Made by a program: the position numbers and the translations under genes
Shown: in pieces, positions 1 through 9,319 of the stretch
How the letters are laid out: every line of letters starts with the position of its first letter
How positions within the stretch are numbered: position 1 is the first letter of the stretch
Notes under the pieces: model-generated
Database searches by the model: none
The model's input: the letters and a program-made list of their open reading frames with translations, nothing else
Told to the model about the DNA's origin: nothing
Virus record (IMG/VR): IMGVR_UViG_3300029985_000115
Coordinates: 1-32,159 of that record
Origin: a virus
Taxonomy: Duplodnaviria; Caudoviricetes
Reading direction: 5' to 3' (one strand)
Length of the DNA stretch: 32,159 nt

Positions 1-383
1 GAACGACAGCTCTTCCAAATCCAAGTGATGGCGAAAGGCATAGTTGTTGGTATCCAGTTGATTTAAGTTTACCTTCACCAACACTTAATGATTTATTTGA
101 ATTAGGGAAACAGCAATTAAGTAAGTATCACTATACTGGATTTAAAGGAAGTTTTGTTACTTTAGGTTTTCCGTTTGTCGATTGGAATGACAACGTAAAT
201 CTACTCGACCCGATAATGGCGGATAGGAACGGAGTTTACAAAGTAAGAAAAGTAATAAGAAAAGGCGGAACCAAAGGTATCACTCAAGAAATTCATCTCG
301 ATTACTTGTTACAAGATTTAGAATTAGGAGTTTTAAAAGTTAGACAGATACCTTCAAATGTTCAGCAAATCCACATGCTATAA
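1..383 (+). CDS. Baseplate hub / late control gpD-like protein, C-terminal part (5' truncated)
   Basis: Frame 3 is open to TAA at 381-383. Manual translation ...YTGFKGSFVTLGFPFV..D..V.L.D...DRNGVYKVRKV...G.KGITQEIHL resembles the C-terminus of phage gpD-like hubs. It sits directly before a spike-like gene. Confidence 0.6.
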   Translation, partial: TTALPNPSDGERHSCWYPVDLSLPSPTLNDLFELGKQQLSKYHYTGFKGSFVTLGFPFVDWNDNVNLLDPIMADRNGVYKVRKVIRKGGTKGITQEIHLDYLLQDLELGVLKVRQIPSNVQQIHML

Positions 384-386
384 AAA

Positions 387-929
387 ATGGTAAGCAACAT
401 AGAAATAAAAGAACTAATCCAAAAGATAGCTGGTACTTATGGTAAGGCTAATGTTAAGCTATTTGATGGAAATGTTGTTAGCGTAGATTTACCAAGTTTT
501 ACCTGCGTAGTTGACAGCATAGATTCTTCTTTAAACGGAATTACTGTTCGTTTTATGTTAGAACAATCTGACGGAGATATGTCTGTTCCACAAGTAGATT
601 CTACTGTAACTGTTGCAATGACTGATTTTACTGACCCTTATATCGTATCTGCTACTTGGTTAGACCAAAAAGATTTTATAGTAGGAGATACTGAAATTAA
701 AATGGTTGATGGAAATATCCTAATAGAACAAGGTGAGGTTAAGATAACTCTAAGTTCAGGAAAAATCTCAATTAAGAACGGAAGTAAGGATTTCAAAACA
801 CTAATGGATTCTTTCTTTCAACACATACAAGCAATGACTTTTACAAATGGAGCAGGTGTAACAGGAACTCCAAATAATTTATCTGATTTAACTAATGACC
901 AATCAAACTTTGATGATTTATGGCAATGA
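387..929 (+). CDS. Baseplate spike (gpV-like) protein
   Basis: N-terminal OB-like region (GNVVSVD..TCVV...PQVDSTVTV) followed by short beta-strand repeats. Position after the hub gene fits. Confidence 0.6.
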   Translation: MVSNIEIKELIQKIAGTYGKANVKLFDGNVVSVDLPSFTCVVDSIDSSLNGITVRFMLEQSDGDMSVPQVDSTVTVAMTDFTDPYIVSATWLDQKDFIVGDTEIKMVDGNILIEQGEVKITLSSGKISIKNGSKDFKTLMDSFFQHIQAMTFTNGAGVTGTPNNLSDLTNDQSNFDDLWQ

Positions 930-1129
930 CGACATCATTAATCGAATCTGCTATGGCTACAAATGCCGCTGCAGGAGATACTGAATCACAAGCGGTAGCT
1001 AATGCAAGATTAGCTCAAGCAATAATTGATACAGTTAAAACATTAACTTTAACTTATTCTACAGGATTAGTATCGGCAAGTCCAGGAAGTCCGGTTACCG
1101 GAACTATGGCTACGGTTGTTGTATCTTAA
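920..1129 (+). CDS. Small baseplate/spike-associated protein (alternative start 926)
   Basis: ORF track; overlaps the spike stop codon; Ala/Thr-rich. Confidence 0.5.
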   Translation: MAMTTSLIESAMATNAAAGDTESQAVANARLAQAIIDTVKTLTLTYSTGLVSASPGSPVTGTMATVVVS

Positions 1130-1147
1130 AATTAAAAAAATCTAATC

Positions 1148-1507
1148 ATGCCAAGACAAGATTTTCTTTTACAGCCAAATACCGATTCTCAAGGAAACGT
1201 CTATTACGATTTTCCTTTAGACGATACAATTATTGATGGAGTTTATTTGCCAACGCCATACGGAAACAGCGACAATCAACACATAATTGATATTATATTT
1301 ATTTGGAAGGGAGCGATAAAACAATTTCCTTTATTGGGTTTTGGATTATTTCAGTATCAAAATGGAGAGTACAATAAAAATTTAGTTTTCTCAAGCCTAT
1401 CAGATCAAATGAAATCTGATGGATATTTGGTTAAAAATGGAGCTATTTCATCAGATGGAAGTAATGGATTTAACATTGATACTGATTTTATTTTTCCTAA
1501 TTACTGA
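1148..1507 (+). CDS. Putative baseplate wedge (gp25-like) protein
   Basis: 119 aa; SDNQHIIDII...KGAIKQFPLLGFGL resembles gp25-like wedge proteins; gene order fits. Confidence 0.5.
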   Translation: MPRQDFLLQPNTDSQGNVYYDFPLDDTIIDGVYLPTPYGNSDNQHIIDIIFIWKGAIKQFPLLGFGLFQYQNGEYNKNLVFSSLSDQMKSDGYLVKNGAISSDGSNGFNIDTDFIFPNY

Positions 1508-1563
1508 TATTGAATTGTTTTTTTTGTTTATAAACAAATAATTATTTAGAGGCAAAATGGGTT

Positions 1564-1571
1564 TACTTTTG
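1564..1571 (+). promoter_or_regulatory. Possible Bacteroidota-type -7 promoter element (TACTTTTG)
   Basis: Matches TAnnTTTG in the 1508-1610 intergenic gap. No clear -33 TTG. Confidence 0.35.
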
Positions 1572-1610
1572 CGTAACAAGGTACTATTAAGGCAAGCTAA
1601 ATAAAAGCAA

Positions 1611-1868
1611 ATGGCAAGCACACAGGGAGCGCAGAACGGGCAAAGTAACTACGACTTATGTATGCAGTTATACGGCAGCTTAGATTTCTTTGTTAAACTT
1701 TTAAACGACAATCAAATCAAAAGTTCAACAACGCTTTTAAACTCTTACTTTTTTGATTCAGGTGCAAAAAACATTAATTCAAAATTTATAGGATATCCTT
1801 ATGCGACAAACTACATTAATTCGGATTCTATTGGTGTTTACGGTGATTATGGCGGTGCATACAACTAA
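1611..1868 (+). CDS. LysM-like / tail protein X-like small protein
   Basis: GQSNYDLCMQLYGSLD...LLNDN resembles the LysM-like GQS.xDIA.Q.YG......L...N pattern. Confidence 0.5.
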   Translation: MASTQGAQNGQSNYDLCMQLYGSLDFFVKLLNDNQIKSSTTLLNSYFFDSGAKNINSKFIGYPYATNYINSDSIGVYGDYGGAYN

Positions 1869-2811
1869 CGCACAAGTAAGTATCCCTACGCAAATCACAC
1901 AACTTACGTATCAAACAGATACTACAATTGATTATCCATATAAACACTACTCTCCAGGATTTGTTCCTAAATCATATAATATTTTTAATACTTCTGACGC
2001 TTCATTAAGAAGGTCATATCTTCAATTAATTCAGAATCTATATGATTCAATCCTTCCAGGAATCGGAGGTTCAAAAAGCTGGAGCGACACATCTAAAACA
2101 TGGAGTGGAAACTACATACAAAATGGTAATGGATACGGAATAAATATGACTAATTTTTTGTCTTATAGATGGGAAATAGGGTCTGTGGGATGGATAAATA
2201 TATTAGATAGCACCGCTAAATGGCTCATTAAGGGTCACGATTCTACTATAATGATGAATTTCATTGATAAAGGCGCAAGCGCATCAGATAGCATCAAAAT
2301 AGGCGATGCCTGGTATCTGACACTATCGAATGGAAATGCAGGGCAGGCACTTATGAACGATGGAAACAAACACAGTTTTTGGAGCAGCATAAATATTCTT
2401 GGATTTGTTACTACATACAACGGAACGGCAACGCAGGGCAACGGTCTTAAGGTGATACGGGTAAATAATGATGCAACCGGACAGACGGGGGCTTTAAGCA
2501 GCGTATCGGCTTATGCAGTGCCTGCGCTTGAAACTTTCGAGGTAGAAGGATATGTAAACATAACAGCTATAAGTGTAGATGTTCTCGAATTTGTGATTAC
2601 ATGGACAGATGAAAATAATAACTCACAACAAATGACGGTGTGGCCAAACGGCGGAACATCTGCATTGTTATCTACCACCGGATATTATTCATTTTCTCCG
2701 ATAACGATAAGAGCACACGCAAGTACAGCCATTACAGTAAAAACAACACTTGCAACAGGTGGAGGAAGCATCACATACGATATAGGGGCTTTAATAACTC
2801 AAGTAAACTAA
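1801..2811 (+). CDS. Putative tail/virion-associated beta-rich protein with N-terminal signal-peptide-like sequence
   Basis: 336 aa, Thr/Ser/Gly-rich; N-terminus MRQTTLIRILLVFTVIMAVHTTNA|Q; lies in the tail module. Confidence 0.5.
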   Translation: MRQTTLIRILLVFTVIMAVHTTNAQVSIPTQITQLTYQTDTTIDYPYKHYSPGFVPKSYNIFNTSDASLRRSYLQLIQNLYDSILPGIGGSKSWSDTSKTWSGNYIQNGNGYGINMTNFLSYRWEIGSVGWINILDSTAKWLIKGHDSTIMMNFIDKGASASDSIKIGDAWYLTLSNGNAGQALMNDGNKHSFWSSINILGFVTTYNGTATQGNGLKVIRVNNDATGQTGALSSVSAYAVPALETFEVEGYVNITAISVDVLEFVITWTDENNNSQQMTVWPNGGTSALLSTTGYYSFSPITIRAHASTAITVKTTLATGGGSITYDIGALITQVN

Positions 2812-2817
2812 ATTAAA

Positions 2818-3537
2818 ATGAAAAAACTACTAATATCCTTATTGTTTTTGCCATTATTTTCTTTTGGTCAAACTTTAACAAATCAAAGTGTTAATGTTAG
2901 ATATCCATTGAATTATACTCCGTATGCAATAATTGATTTGCAAACTGGAGATACGTTGTGTTGGTATTGGAACTCTGCTCAAATCAAAATAGCAATTTCT
3001 GATAGTATTTCGGCTCATCCAAGTGGTGCTGGTACTGTTACATCCATAACCGCTGGAACAGGACTATCTGGCGGAACGATTACAACGAGCGGTACTATTG
3101 CCGTATTAAATCCTGTTTATACCGTAACCGTAAATCTTACTCCGGCACAGGTAAACACGGTAACTACAACGCCTGTAACGTTGATCGCTGCTCAGGGAGC
3201 GGGGACAATAATAGTGCCGATATGGGCGGTGTGGAAATACACTTTCGTAACTACGCCTTACAGGGCGAATAGAATGCTGTATCTCGATGAGGGGGGCAGC
3301 ACAATTGCTACGTGCATATCCGCTATTAATGATGCAATGGCTGGTAATACAGGTTCTGGAATCAGTATTACATCTTTTTCGCCGTATTTAGCAAGCGCAT
3401 CCGTATCTACGGTTATCGGCACTCCGAAATATGTCACAAATACAGACTTGAAACTAAAAGCTGATTTGTCACCAAGTGCGGCAGGTGCGGACGGATTGAT
3501 AACGGTAACAATAGGGTATCAAATAATAACTCCATAA
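2818..3537 (+). CDS. Tail-fibre-like protein with Sec signal peptide
   Basis: MKKLLISLLFLPLFSFG|Q; contains GTVTSITAGTGLSGGTITTSGTI, a motif common in phage fibre proteins. Confidence 0.55.
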   Translation: MKKLLISLLFLPLFSFGQTLTNQSVNVRYPLNYTPYAIIDLQTGDTLCWYWNSAQIKIAISDSISAHPSGAGTVTSITAGTGLSGGTITTSGTIAVLNPVYTVTVNLTPAQVNTVTTTPVTLIAAQGAGTIIVPIWAVWKYTFVTTPYRANRMLYLDEGGSTIATCISAINDAMAGNTGSGISITSFSPYLASASVSTVIGTPKYVTNTDLKLKADLSPSAAGADGLITVTIGYQIITP

Positions 3538-3567
3538 TTATTTTCTTAACCATAAAAATTAAACAAA

Positions 3568-3744
3568 ATGAATCCAGTAATAATAGCAACATCAGCATCA
3601 TGGGCAGAAACGCACGGGGAAGGCAACCCAAATACTAACGCCGTTAGCATCGTAGGACGTGGCCTAAATAATTATTACACTGACCTCGCGACAGGAACGC
3701 GGTATAAGTGGGATGCCGTTGGCTTAACATGGGTGACAATCTAA
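3568..3744 (+). CDS. Small hypothetical protein (58 aa, not in ORF track)
   Basis: Manual translation MNPVIIATSASWAETHGEGNPNTNAVSIVGRGLNNYYTDLATGTRYKWDAVGLTWVTI; A-rich leader; fills the gap exactly. Confidence 0.6.
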   Translation: MNPVIIATSASWAETHGEGNPNTNAVSIVGRGLNNYYTDLATGTRYKWDAVGLTWVTI

Positions 3745-3763
3745 TCTAAAATCTCATTAACAA

Positions 3764-4063
3764 ATGACAGACACGGCAAAAGACAGATATAAAGAGTTGA
3801 AAGACTGGTTAAAGATTCTTAGCCCGCTAACGGCTGCTATGATTTTGTCTTTTAAAGTAGGTATTGTTTGGACTGATGTTAAGGCTAAAGTTGTTAAATG
3901 GGATGGCTATGAAGAAAAGATAGCGGCACACCAATACAGAGATAGCATAAAAGATATTGCTTCGGATGAAAAAAACAGGCGTATTCACGCTGAAATATAC
4001 GGAAGCATAGATACCATAAGAAATCAAATAATTTTAATAGCAACACGCAGATATTTCCGTTAA
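3764..4063 (+). CDS. Single-TM membrane protein, possible holin/antiholin
   Basis: One hydrophobic segment near the N-terminus; immediately upstream of the endolysin. Confidence 0.4.
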   Translation: MTDTAKDRYKELKDWLKILSPLTAAMILSFKVGIVWTDVKAKVVKWDGYEEKIAAHQYRDSIKDIASDEKNRRIHAEIYGSIDTIRNQIILIATRRYFR

Positions 4064-4104
4064 GGCATAAATAATGATTAAAAATTTTTAATAGCAACAA
4101 GACG

Positions 4105-4560
4105 ATGAAAATCTCACAAAAAGGAATAGACCTAATAACAATTCAGGAAGGATTGGTGCTACATCCATACAAAGATCAAGTTGGAATACCAACTATCGGA
4201 TATGGTACAATAAGATATCCTAATGGAACGAGAGTTACCATGCAAGACCAAGCGATAACTAAGGAACAAGCAGAAAGTTATCTTTTAGATTACATCAGTC
4301 GAAACATAGAAGGACAGTTAAATTCTTTGCCTATCAATTGGAATCAAAACCAATATGATGCAATCTGTTCTTTTTGTTACAATGAAGGAACTGATGGGTT
4401 TTTGAAATCTCATTTGCTTTTGGCGATAGAGGGAAAGAAATTAGAATCTGAAATCCGCGCTCAATTCAGTAAATGGGTTTATGCCGGCGGAGATATTTTG
4501 GAAGATTTAGTAAAAAGAAGGAAAGCTGAGTCGGATTTATACTTTAGTCCAATATCTTAA
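4105..4560 (+). CDS. Endolysin, GH24 phage lysozyme
   Basis: E-x8-D-x5-T catalytic triad (EGLVLHPYKDQVGIPTIGYG), NQNQYDAICSFCYN, LVKRRKAESDLY. Confidence 0.92.
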   Translation: MKISQKGIDLITIQEGLVLHPYKDQVGIPTIGYGTIRYPNGTRVTMQDQAITKEQAESYLLDYISRNIEGQLNSLPINWNQNQYDAICSFCYNEGTDGFLKSHLLLAIEGKKLESEIRAQFSKWVYAGGDILEDLVKRRKAESDLYFSPIS

Positions 4561-4581
4561 TTAACTTTAAAAAAACTTAAA

Positions 4582-4824
4582 ATGCAAAAACCAACATTTA
4601 ATCAATTAATATCAGGAGTTTTCGCATTGCTTTGCCTTGTAGCACTTGTATTTATGTACTTTGTAAAAAGTCATGTAAGCGATAGCGTATCTGGTGGTAT
4701 AGTAGTTGCTTTTGTAGTAGCGTTTAAGGATTTCGCAAATTCGTTTGTTAAATCAAGTTCAGATGTTCAACATGCAGAGCAGACGAATAAACTTATAGAT
4801 GCGGTATCTGCACCAAAAAACTAA
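4582..4824 (+). CDS. Putative holin (two TM segments)
   Basis: 80 aa with two hydrophobic helices, directly after the endolysin. Confidence 0.55.
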   Translation: MQKPTFNQLISGVFALLCLVALVFMYFVKSHVSDSVSGGIVVAFVVAFKDFANSFVKSSSDVQHAEQTNKLIDAVSAPKN

Positions 4825-4874
4825 ACTGGAGTAACCCGAAAATCCAATCAAAGAGTAGGGGCAAATTTATCTAT

Positions 4875-5264
4875 ATGAGTTTAAAAACAGAGGCACAAAT
4901 CGTGCTAACAGACATCGAGAATTTTATTCTCAAAATTGAACACAAACTTCCATCAGAGATTGATGTTGTTTGTAAGAAAGCAAATGCTTTAATCATTAAA
5001 GTTGAAATACTTTTAAACAATTCAACTGTAACGGATTTTACAAAACTTGTACCAGAAACAGAACCGGCGAGAGAGGCTATACTATCCATTTTAACAACTC
5101 TCGGTAAGGTTTTTTCAACAGTAGATGCATCATTGCAGCCAGGATTAATAGCTATTGCTGGAGCTAATGTATCAGCAGCTATGCACGGAGTTGGAACATC
5201 ACCAACGGCATATCTTACTCCTTACGTAACAGTATCTGCCAATAGCGTATTAAAAGGAAATTAA
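4875..5264 (+). CDS. Hypothetical protein
   Basis: ORF track, 129 aa, co-oriented with the lysis cassette. Confidence 0.6.
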   Translation: MSLKTEAQIVLTDIENFILKIEHKLPSEIDVVCKKANALIIKVEILLNNSTVTDFTKLVPETEPAREAILSILTTLGKVFSTVDASLQPGLIAIAGANVSAAMHGVGTSPTAYLTPYVTVSANSVLKGN

Positions 5265-5282
5265 ATTATCATGTAGGTAAGC

Positions 5283-5310
5283 GGCTGGCCTAATCTTAGG
5301 CTGGCTTTTT
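5283..5310 (+). terminator. Intrinsic terminator
   Basis: GGCTGGCCTAA-TC-TTAGGCTGGCT inverted repeat followed by TTTT. Confidence 0.55.
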
Positions 5311-5331
5311 ACCGAATAAAATCAAAAGAAA

Positions 5332-5517
5332 ATGAGAAATCAGTACAGCGAAGATTTGGCTAAGGCTATGACGAAGCACATGACAATAGGCGGAACAGAT
5401 GTTCACGTAGAGCAAAAAAAAGATGCAGCACCTAAAGAGGAAACTGCATCTGAAAAGAAAATTGATGAATTAAAATCAGAGTTGAGCGAACTCGAAAAAG
5501 AAAGTTCAGCTAATTAG
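5332..5517 (+). CDS. Small charged hypothetical protein
   Basis: ORF track, 61 aa, A-rich leader. Confidence 0.55.
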   Translation: MRNQYSEDLAKAMTKHMTIGGTDVHVEQKKDAAPKEETASEKKIDELKSELSELEKESSAN

Positions 5518-5882
5518 GATTTTTTGAAGTTTCTTCCAAGAGATATATTTTTTGCATTAAGCTCGAATATCTCAAGGTTGTTTTCAAGTAATCCGGTTTC
5601 GTTTCTAAGACGAGTTAGATTTTCTGTAATCCTTCCGTGAAGTTTAGCAGAAAGTCTGGATAGTGTATTTATAGCTTCATTTTCCGGCAAAACATCAAAA
5701 AGTAAATCTATTGGAATATCAAGTGGACTATTAAAATCCTCTTCAAGTTCCAATATTTTCTTTTCGGATGATTTCAGTTTTTCTTCGAGTTGTTTTATTT
5801 TCTCTAAGTAAACAGTTTCTGATTGCGCGAATCCTTTAATTTCGGATTCTAAATCCTTAATTTTCTTTTCCTGATTTGTCAT
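5514..5882 (-). CDS. Coiled-coil hypothetical protein
   Basis: ORF track; heptad-like E/K/L-rich N-terminus. Confidence 0.6.
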   Translation of the reverse strand: MTNQEKKIKDLESEIKGFAQSETVYLEKIKQLEEKLKSSEKKILELEEDFNSPLDIPIDLLFDVLPENEAINTLSRLSAKLHGRITENLTRLRNETGLLENNLEIFELNAKNISLGRNFKKS

Positions 5883-5911
5883 AATCGTGTGTTTTGTGCC
5901 TGTTGGCGGTT

Positions 5912-7585
5912 TTAAATTTGGTTTACTTCATTAATATTAACAATAAATCCTTTTTCCTGCAACTTCTTTAAGATATCTTCTTTTACTGATTCCTTAAAGG
6001 TTTTCTTACCAGTCAATTTACCCAACTCTTTGATTTTAGAAATTCCCATCTCTACTAAAAATGAGATTTGCTCTGAAGCAAGGTAAACTCCTAAATCCTT
6101 AGCCAATCCCACTATTCCGTCAAGCACTTTGTGATATGCACTTCCTGCTTTATAGCCATTCCTTTCTATCTCTATAAGGATTGAACTAACTTGAATTTTA
6201 TCCTGGTAAAACTTAATCATTTCTCTCGGAACTAAATCAACTTCTTTAACAGAGATAGGAAAAACGTAGTCGCATTGTACATAAGAATCTGTTAGAAAAT
6301 CAAGTAGAAATCCAGTGCAGAAACGAGCGGAAACTGGATTTAAGTTTGAGCAGTTTGGGCAGGTTTTGTATCCTCCTACGCCTTCGCGCTTTTTTTCATA
6401 AGGATGATTAAATTCATACTCCCAATCCTCGTCTTTATTAGTATCACCAAATCCAGCACCACCTTTTTCTGATGGTGCATTGTTTCCGAAGTCAAGTAAA
6501 AGCCCTTGAGTTTTCCATGTTCCATCTGGATATTGATATGGTCTTGAAACACGAACAACCTTCTGAATATATAAGGATTTGGAAAGCATTGAGCTATTAA
6601 TAAAAACAGCCTCAACGCTTTTTTCATCAAATCCAGTAGTCAGTATTCCTACATTATCTAATACGGCATCTGGAGTTTTTTTTAGCCAAGTTAGGCAATC
6701 CTTTCTCCAAGATTTTTTGCCAAATTCCTTAGCCTCATCAGGATACTTTTTACATTTACTGCCGCCGCCATTTACATGCCTTGCATTGATTCCAACAGAT
6801 TTAAAAGCATACATCATATCAATGCTATGTTCTATATCAGCATCAAAACAAAGTGTTTTCAATCCTCGAGCAAGTTTAAAGTAAGAACTGATTACGTTAT
6901 CTATTTGAAGTTTTTTACGAAATTCCTCACTAACTTGAGATTCTATAAATTCTCCGCCTTTAATTCCAAACTTACTTCTATCTACCTTTCCTAAATGGTA
7001 GCATTGGATTGGAACTACTCCTATTTTGGGATTTTCTGAGTTTAGTTCGTGCAGGTGAGATACTTTAACAACCTCAAACATAAACTGATAAAACTCTTTT
7101 AACGGATGAGCTTTAACAGCAGATATTGGAGTTGCAGTCCATCCCAATCTTTTAGAGTTTGGAAAGTGTTTAAAAATCTTGTTGAAGTCAGAGCGATGCG
7201 CCTCGTCACAATGATATAGGAAAGTATCTTCAAAATTAGCTAAGAAGGCAGGAAGTTCGCATCTTCGGTTGAATGTTTCTACCATTATTATAAAAACCCT
7301 TGAAGAAGGATTTATATAGGTAGTTTCTTGATTTATTCCTTGCGTAACAATTCCAAATTCAAGCATCCTTTCTCGAATCTGATTGAAAAGCTCATCACGA
7401 TGGGTGAAAAATAAGACTTTTCCGGTTTGGCGTTTTAGAAGGATACGGTAAGTAATCAAACTTGCCATCATGCTCTTGCCACTGCCTCCTGGCGCAACAA
7501 TTAATCCAGAATCAAACTGGTTTAAAAGTTCAGCAATCTTTGGAACTGCCTCTTCTTGGTAATCGAATGGGATTGGTGTAGGCAT
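5912..7585 (-). CDS. SF2 DEAH-box DNA helicase with C-terminal Zn-ribbon
   Basis: Walker A APGGSGKS, DEAH, motif III TATP, LTTGFD, and CPNC..C Zn-binding motif. Confidence 0.9.
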   Translation of the reverse strand: MPTPIPFDYQEEAVPKIAELLNQFDSGLIVAPGGSGKSMMASLITYRILLKRQTGKVLFFTHRDELFNQIRERMLEFGIVTQGINQETTYINPSSRVFIIMVETFNRRCELPAFLANFEDTFLYHCDEAHRSDFNKIFKHFPNSKRLGWTATPISAVKAHPLKEFYQFMFEVVKVSHLHELNSENPKIGVVPIQCYHLGKVDRSKFGIKGGEFIESQVSEEFRKKLQIDNVISSYFKLARGLKTLCFDADIEHSIDMMYAFKSVGINARHVNGGGSKCKKYPDEAKEFGKKSWRKDCLTWLKKTPDAVLDNVGILTTGFDEKSVEAVFINSSMLSKSLYIQKVVRVSRPYQYPDGTWKTQGLLLDFGNNAPSEKGGAGFGDTNKDEDWEYEFNHPYEKKREGVGGYKTCPNCSNLNPVSARFCTGFLLDFLTDSYVQCDYVFPISVKEVDLVPREMIKFYQDKIQVSSILIEIERNGYKAGSAYHKVLDGIVGLAKDLGVYLASEQISFLVEMGISKIKELGKLTGKKTFKESVKEDILKKLQEKGFIVNINEVNQI

Positions 7586-7803
7586 TAGCAGTTAGTAAAA
7601 GATTCGCGTTTGTCTGATTTTGAGTTGTTTGTTTGTCTTTTTGATTCTCTGTCAAGGATGTTTATTGTATCCCTAACCGACTTAGTTTTATACAACAAAG
7701 TAGCTACTGATTCAAGTAACTCCATTTCATCCAAATCGTGCGCAACTAAAGATGTAATTTTTCCGTTTACATTTAATTCGTCAGTACATTTTTTTACATT
7801 CAT
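7585..7803 (-). CDS. Hypothetical protein
   Basis: ORF track; its stop overlaps the helicase start. Confidence 0.55.
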   Translation of the reverse strand: MNVKKCTDELNVNGKITSLVAHDLDEMELLESVATLLYKTKSVRDTINILDRESKRQTNNSKSDKRESFTNC

Positions 7804-7820
7804 AATATATTTTTTTTAGA

Positions 7821-8030
7821 TTAAGTGAAATCAGTAAATTTAGGTGTTTTGTTTGTGTATGGAATTTTATTATTAGTTTCGTGTTTTGGCGGATTTGTTA
7901 GTTCGGATTTGTCCAGAGTAAAAACCTCATCTTTATTGTTAATAACAATAAAGAAATATCCTTGCTTGTGAGTGTATAGGCAAGATGATATTATGTGGAG
8001 GGATTCTGCGAGGAGGGATTTAACGAGCAA
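7821..8030 (-). CDS. Hypothetical protein
   Basis: ORF track; TTG start is uncertain. Confidence 0.4.
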   Translation of the reverse strand: MLVKSLLAESLHIISSCLYTHKQGYFFIVINNKDEVFTLDKSELTNPPKHETNNKIPYTNKTPKFTDFT

Positions 8031-8298
8031 GAGAAATAAATTTATCCATTATTAATTTTGCGATTTCGCTTGAAGTCTTTTCGGATACGTAATTTTCTTG
8101 CAAAATAGTATCACACTCATCACTTCTATCCCAAAATATTTCAAAATCTCCAGTATCCGATAAAACTGGTTCTATTTTAGAACAATCTTCCAAAATAGAA
8201 TTTAAATAAGAATCAAAGTTGGATTCTTCATTTAAATGATTCATTAATTTTCTTTCTTCGTTTCTGTCGAAATCTGAATTACCAAAACAACCTGCCAT
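8020..8298 (-). CDS. Acidic hypothetical protein
   Basis: ORF track, 92 aa, tightly packed in the operon. Confidence 0.6.
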   Translation of the reverse strand: MAGCFGNSDFDRNEERKLMNHLNEESNFDSYLNSILEDCSKIEPVLSDTGDFEIFWDRSDECDTILQENYVSEKTSSEIAKLIMDKFISLAR

Positions 8299-8300
8299 AA

Positions 8301-8483
8301 TTATTTAATTTTATCTTTTTTATCAATAATTAAATCATTTTCGTAAACACAAATTTCTCCGTGATAGATATTTCTGCAAGTGTACAATCCAGTTGCGGCG
8401 TGAAAACTAATTATCTTGTACACTATTCCAGATTGCTTGTTTTCAACTTTATCACCTATATTTATTTTTTGTTTATAAGGCAT
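8301..8483 (-). CDS. Small hypothetical protein (possible SH3-like barrel)
   Basis: INIGDKVE...YKII..YTC pattern; operon packing. Confidence 0.5.
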   Translation of the reverse strand: MPYKQKINIGDKVENKQSGIVYKIISFHAATGLYTCRNIYHGEICVYENDLIIDKKDKIK

Positions 8484-9319
8484 CGTAAAACATTTTTAGT
8501 ATTAGATGAAAAGTCAGAAGTTAGAATCCAATTAATATATCCCAAATCCAATTCTGAAACTAATTTTCCTTTATCTTTTCCGAAGTTAATGATTGCCTCT
8601 CCTTGTTCATTTAAAATGAGTTTTCCGTCAAAGGTTAGTCGTTTATCTTCATCAGGAAATGAGGATTCCGAAACTAATACTTGTTCTAAAGGCTGGAATC
8701 CTTCTTTTGCGTGTTCATCTTCCTCTTTAATTAAATGCAGGTAGGAATCAAAGGAATAATGTCTTACTTGATTTTTCAAAACCTCAATAGTTTCCAAAAC
8801 ATCAATTTCGGAATCATGCGCTCCATCAATCATTTCGCGTCCGCAATAGAATTTAACAGCAGCAGTAAGATTTCGCTTTTCACGGTTACTAAAAATCCTA
8901 AAGGCATCAAAAGCTGGTTTTGGTTTCCATTCGATTCCTGCTCTTGCAAATTCCTCATACAATAAAGGAATATCAAATCCTTTAATGTTGTATCCTCCAA
9001 GAAAATCGCAGTCTTGGATGTATTCATGTATTCTATGTGCGTAAGCAGAAAATCCAGGACAGTCTGAAATTGTTTGATATAAAGATGGTACTTTTGTTAA
9101 TTCTTTGTAGTGCTTTAAAATACTTTCCTCACTAATCCCATGCGCCTTAAAAGCATCAGGATGAATAGGAACTCCGCAATTAGATAGAAGAAGTTTCTTT
9201 TTATCTAAAATGCTAAAGTTTAAATCAGTCTTAATCAAGCTTAGCTGAATAATCCTGTCTTTGGAAATATCAGTGCCTGTGGATTCGATGTCGAAAAAGC
9301 GGATGGTTTTATTGGTCAT
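8462..9319 (-). CDS. DEDDh 3'-5' exonuclease (DNA Pol III epsilon-like)
   Basis: Exo I FFDIESTG, Exo II GYNIKGFD, Exo III AHDSEID; C-terminal INFGKDKG module. Confidence 0.9.
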   Translation of the reverse strand: MTNKTIRFFDIESTGTDISKDRIIQLSLIKTDLNFSILDKKKLLLSNCGVPIHPDAFKAHGISEESILKHYKELTKVPSLYQTISDCPGFSAYAHRIHEYIQDCDFLGGYNIKGFDIPLLYEEFARAGIEWKPKPAFDAFRIFSNREKRNLTAAVKFYCGREMIDGAHDSEIDVLETIEVLKNQVRHYSFDSYLHLIKEEDEHAKEGFQPLEQVLVSESSFPDEDKRLTFDGKLILNEQGEAIINFGKDKGKLVSELDLGYINWILTSDFSSNTKNVLRCLINKK

